DNA of 64,000 bases from Macrostomum hystrix (Eukaryota > Animalia > Platyhelminthes), in assembly GCA_950097015.1 (NCBI GenBank), contig CATNEN010000037.1, forward strand, positions 806,001 through 870,000, in the 5' to 3' direction. Made by a program: the position numbers and the translations under genes. The notes beneath the pieces were generated by a model, which was given only the letters and a program-made list of their open reading frames with translations, was not told where the DNA came from and searched no databases. Shown here piece by piece: positions 59,028 through 64,000 of this stretch. Each line of letters starts with the position of its first letter. The stretch's first letter is position 1.

Positions 59028-62000
59028 TCAGTACCCAGACAGAGTGCCATTGATGTAACTGTCCCATTCGACAGTTTGTCTGGTGCAGACGATGCACTTA
59101 GCGATGTGGCCGGTGCCTCTGGCGAAGCTGAATGTCTCGGTGCGCAGCACGGGCTCCTCGCTGGGCGTGGCACGCAGCCACAGGGTGTGAAAGTCTTTGA
59201 AGTAGCCGCAGGTGCCCTCGCCGCGGCACTCGATAAACATGTTCTGCTTGAAGCGCAGGCAGCTGCCGGGAGACGACAGTGGCTGCACGGAGTCTCCGGT
59301 CGTGTGGCGCCCGAACTGGCGATGGGGTGGGTTGGGGATTTCCGGCATCTCAAGATGGGATCTCAGGATGAATATTATTAAATGGGATTTAATTTAACTA
59401 GAATATTTCTGTTAAATGAAGGCATCAAAGTGTTGGTATGTACTTCGCAGCCCCCCATCTTACCGTTAGCAGGCTGTTGGCATTCCACAGAGATCTCCAG
59501 CCAGGTGGACAATTTGGCGTGATGTTCGTGTAGTCGTGAAATGCGTACACCTGGGGATTGGTTCGAGCATCGCGTTCTTATTATAAAATAATAAAATAAA
59601 TGAACCCTAAAATTAACGCATTTTCAGAATCAGTCAAAAACGAAAAAGCTGCAAAAATTACCTTGCTAGGCGAATAGCACACCGAGCAGCGACTAATGTA
59701 CTGTGACACATTTCTGTACACATCCAGATCCATGGCCATGTCTATTGTGGCGGACACATCTGTGCTCAGCCAATAGGAGAGGCTGTTTCTCAGTGCGCTG
59801 TGGCAGTTCTTTGAGTTCTCGCACAGGCTGAATGGCATCACGTTGAACCGGCGAAGGCAGGAGCCCGGGCTGCCGAGATCGTAGACCTTCGTGTAGCTGT
59901 TTGAGAACACCGACATGAACGAGTAACCAGTCCAAAGCGGCTGCGTACCGCCCGGACAGTCGGGCACGTCTGTCCTCTGGCTGTGGACTGCGAACAGGTC
60001 GCCGCGAATGATCCGACCCTCCGGACCGCGCTCGCCACCGACGCCCGGTTCTCCCTTGTCTCCGATGTCGCCTTCGGGTCCGGTGTCGCCCAGTCGACCT
60101 TTCGGGCCCGGAGGACCTTTCTCTCCGATGGGACCCACCTGTCCCAGTTCGCCCTTCGGTCCGGGTGGGCCTGGCGGGCCCCTCAATCCGGCCTCGCCAT
60201 CAGTACCCATCAGACCAGGCGCTCCTGGGACGCCTTTCTCGCCGAGGTCGCCGACTCTGCCTACGCTGCCAGTTATCGAGTCGCCGCGCTCGCCCTTCTC
60301 GCCGTCGCTGCCGCGCTGGCCGAAGTTGCCAGTCTCGCCACGGGAGCCAAGAGAGCCTTTGTCGCCCTTGTCGCCGTTAAAGCCTTTGGGGCCGGGGCTG
60401 CCAATCTCGCCTTTATCGCCGACCGGGCCGACCGGGCCGACCGCGCCCTTGCGGCCCTGCTTGCCCTGCGACCCAACAGAACCTTCGACACCTTTGACAC
60501 CTTTGTCGCCCACCTGGCCATCATCGCCCTTCTCGCCGAGAGCTCCTTTCTCGCCCTGGCGGCCTTTGACAGCGTTGCGACCGTCGGGTGCATTGTCCCC
60601 GGCCTGGCCTTCGTCACCCAGTCGACCGGGATTTCCAATTTTGCCTTTCTCGCCCTTCTGCCCGACGTCGCCAACATCGCCGATGGGTCCGGTCTTGCCC
60701 TTGGGGCCTCTCTGGCCGTACTCGCCCTTGTCACCCTTGGTTCCGCTTGAGCCATTACTGCCGGAGGCGCCTTTGATGTAGGTTGTCGACACGTCACCGA
60801 GAGGTCCTCGATCGCCCTTGTCGCCTGTGACTCCGCTGTCACCCGTGTAGCCCTTGTCGCCGACAACGCCACCCTCGCCAGTGTCGCCTCTGTTTCCCCT
60901 TTCGCCCGTATCGCCGGTCTCGCCGAGAGCGCCTTTTCTACCCTTGTCGCCGACGCTGCCGTAGGCACCCTTGCGGCCTGGTTCGCCGTTGGTGCCGTTG
61001 ACTCCCGGCTCGCCAACTGGGCCCTGATTCCCGCGCGGTCCCGGATCGCCAGCATCGCCATCAGGTCCCTGAGGACCGATTTCGCCAAAGTCGTTGCTTC
61101 GGCCGCCAGCGCCACCTTGAAGGCCCTTGGCGCCCTGGGTGCCTTGAGGGCCCTTCGGACCTCTCGGGCCTTGGTCGCCCGGATCGCCTTTGAATCCTTT
61201 GTCGCCCTCGAATCCCTGGGCGCCTTGGTCACCACGGATGCCCTACAAAGTTGGAGGGCGACATAAGGAGAGTGAGCGCATTCTTTTCTCCTTGCTTTAG
61301 ATCTGGAGTCTGGATTCTTAAACATTCAACCGCTACATACAAATTTGCATTTGCTCGCATCAATAATATTCAGATCTGATCTAACACACAATTAGACACT
61401 ATGTCGTGAAAATTTCTGTCTTTTTTCTATACTATCCTTCTACTTATATCTTCAGCTTGCCCCATGTTGTCTGCCTGCGACGCAGCCCTGTGCGCGCAAT
61501 TTACCTTATCGATTTTTTCCTACCCTCTTCGTGTCAAACACCCTATGCCCTACAGTCTGGCCCGTCTCAATTCTCTTTCCCCCATAATTTATCGATCGTT
61601 ATTAACCCCGCCGGCTTTGTTAACCCCTTGGGTTTTCACACCCTTATTTTCTCTCTGCTCTGTCTGCCCCTCATTCTGTCTCAGCCAATCAAAGATACTC
61701 AAGTCCAACAGCTCTTTCGTACTGTCGTATGCGGACTCTGGCTAGTTATTAGTTTTTTTGTCTGCATCGTTTCGCAAACTTCTGTTTTTAGCTCGTATCT
61801 AGTAAAAGTAAGGCCCTTCCCCTGAAAATTTTTGTGCTGCACCACAACGGAGCAATGCAAGCACACGAAACTCAAGAACACGGGCCAACTTTTTGTTGCG
61901 CATCTTCTGAAACAATAATCATGTCGCCAGCTCTTCAGGCCGTCGAGATATTCAATGGTTCTGGCCGAAGATCTGACTATTCCCGTAAGGGCTCGTGTAT

Positions 62001-63897
62001 TTCATACACCCTACACACGAATTAGCACTGCGCCTCAGTGCGGCCTTGCCAGGCCTTCAAAATGTATCAGCATGTCACCCGAATGTGCCTGCATCATCTC
62101 CGTCTTCGGTGGTCACCTACCTTTATCTAGACGGACTGCTGGACATTCAATGGCTACAACAGGTGGAACTAAGCCACTATGGACACCTGATGCGAATTTC
62201 TCCAATTTCATGGATCAAGTCTAAATACAAGTATTAGGCGCAGCTCAACCACAGGACACCATCGTCTAGTCTGTCAACCAATCAGTCACCACATTAAGCT
62301 GTTAGCAACTACGAGCGTATTAAGGGGAAGGGAAGCAAAATGGCCTACGGTTAATAAGATATTTGCAGTTAGAATCTATTTATTACTGACTAATGAATAT
62401 TATTCAGTTCACATTCCACCCATCTAATCTATAATACTTATAAACGAATAGATGATCGATCGATCGATCCTAAAAATCTTCCGTGACTCAGCAAATCACG
62501 AAATTGCGCTTTGAACTCACCTGTAGTCCCAAATCTCCCTTTCTGCCCTCGCGTCCGTCTGTGCCGAACGATCCATTGTCTCCAGGCACTCCCTTCGGTC
62601 CGACGGGACCCACGTATCCCTTCGGACCTCGCGGCCCAACCTCGCCCTTATCACCTGTCGGCCCATAGGCGACTTCTCCGCGCGGCCCAACAGGGCCGAT
62701 CTCGCCCTGGACGCCGACGGGACCCTCCGGGCCTGGCGGACCTTGCTGGCCGACAATGCCCAGCTTGCCCTTCATGCCTTTGTATTCATTTCCTGGAGAC
62801 CCTGGTGGACCAACATTGCCCTTCGTTCCGGTATCGCCTTTCGGACCTGACTCGCCAGTGCTTCCAATCCGACCAATGACACCCCGGGTGCCATTCTCGC
62901 CTTTCCCGCCTTTGATGCCTTGGTAGCCTTTCTCGCCAAGGACGCCCTTCACGCCGATTTCGCCTCGACTGCCGACTTGGCCCTTCGGACCCTGCGGTCC
63001 AACGTCGCCCTTATCGCCGGAGTCGCCTTTTTCGCCGCGATCGCCAGTTAGGCCGCGGCTTCCATTCTCGCCCTGAGGCCCCATGACGCCGCTGCGGCCA
63101 CTGATGCCCAGGTTCTTGTTGGTCCTGTTTCGCCCATCGATGCCCGGAGCGCCAAACTCGCCCGTGGCACCAGCGAAGCCTTTCTCGCCCTTCTCGCCGC
63201 GCTCGGCCGGATTCTCGTCGCCGCGCTCGCCCTGCGGCCCAGTCTGGCCTTTGTCACCGATTTGGCCAGAATCGCCGAATTCGCCGACGTAGCCGCGGTC
63301 GCCCTTGATCCCGTTCGGCGCGTCGTCGCCGGACTCGCCGCGTTCCCCAGTGTCGCCCAGCTGACCTTTGTCGCCCACGCTGCCTTTCTCGCCTACGACG
63401 CCCTTGCTGGCGTTGCTTGCAAACCCCTTCGGTCCTCGGTCGCCTAAAATGCCTTTTTCGCCGAAGTCGCCGACAATGCCAATGTCGCCTTTGAGGCCTT
63501 TCACACCTTTGAAGCCCATCAGGCCTTTTTCGCCATCGTCGCCTCTCTCGCCAGTGTCGCCGCGAGTTCCGTTCACGCCTCGCTGTCCGACGCCGCCCTT
63601 CCTGCCGCGCTTTCCGGGCGGCCCAACAATACCTTTCTCGCCAACGTAGCCGTTTATTGCTGGCTCTCCGCTCATGCCCTTGTCACCCTGGTAGCCTAGC
63701 TCGCCTTTGCCGCCCTTCTCGCCCTTGATATACTCGCCCGGCTGTCCTTTGGTACCTTTGTAGCCTTTCAAACCTTTGGCGCCAGCAATCGATGTAGCAT
63801 TCTCGCCCTTGATGCCGACGTCGCCGGGAAGGCCCTTGTCGCCAAGGATGCCTTTGCTGGCGTTCCGACCGTCCCTACCGTGAGCCGCGTTGTCGCC
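59028..63897 (-). CDS. COL4A: Collagen type IV alpha chain, 3' part (exons 63897-62521, 61242-59662, 59550-59464, 59315-59028); gene begins beyond window end
   Basis: Interrupted Gly-X-Y repeats followed by a bipartite NC1 domain: FAVHSQ..VPDCPGG..LWTGYSF, DLGSPGSCL, YWLST, ISRCSVC; then CPPGWRSLW, LSSPGSCL, FIECRG.GTC, AKCIVC. All introns phase-0 GT-AG. Confidence 0.92.
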
Positions 63898-63929
63898 CTG
63901 AAGGCAAGGTTCGATTGAAGGTTAGTGTG

Positions 63930-64000
63930 TCGCCTGTGTCGCCCTAAATAAACTGTGTCACCCTAAATAAACTGTGTCGCCCTAAATAAACTTTGTCGCC
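63930..64000. repeat. About 20-bp intronic minisatellite (GTGTCGCCCTAAATAAACT)n, runs off the window
   Basis: Three to four copies visible. Confidence 0.8.

Noticed and set aside
59983-60781. Plus-strand 255/257-aa ORFs, and the minus-strand 350-aa ORF at 60273-61325
   Set aside because: Antisense or off-frame shadows of the GC-rich collagen Gly-X-Y exons.

Overview
Eukaryotic (metazoan invertebrate) genomic DNA. GC-rich exons sit among AT-rich introns and about 30 distinct minisatellite arrays; this style is reminiscent of Macrostomum-type flatworms, but that is inference only. Genes, left to right: an N-terminal exon of a UBR1/2 N-recognin (-), NECAP (+), a candidate let-7-family pre-miRNA (+), an orphan class A GPCR (-), an unknown 3-exon signal-peptide protein (-) separated from the GPCR only by a 32-bp array, a CD-MPR/ATG27-like MRH receptor (-), two LITAF paralogs (-), SRSF1 (+), two tandem PH/Pro-rich/SH2 adaptor paralogs (+), and the 3' part of a proline-poor collagen IV (-). 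Mobile DNA: a frameshifted Crypton-like tyrosine recombinase element with hairpin ends, an internally deleted Tc1/IS630 element, a TA-flanked foldback MITE, a hAT MITE and two tRNA-derived SINE families. Most interesting result: both adaptor paralogs contain two alternative SH2 cassettes (A = one exon, B = two exons). All four begin at the same point in helix alphaA, have phase-2 borders and are 95-99 codons long, and each pair is followed by a further SH2-like module. This looks like a duplicated, mutually exclusive SH2-switching system. All gene models were spliced by hand and need RNA-seq confirmation; repeat boundaries are approximate.
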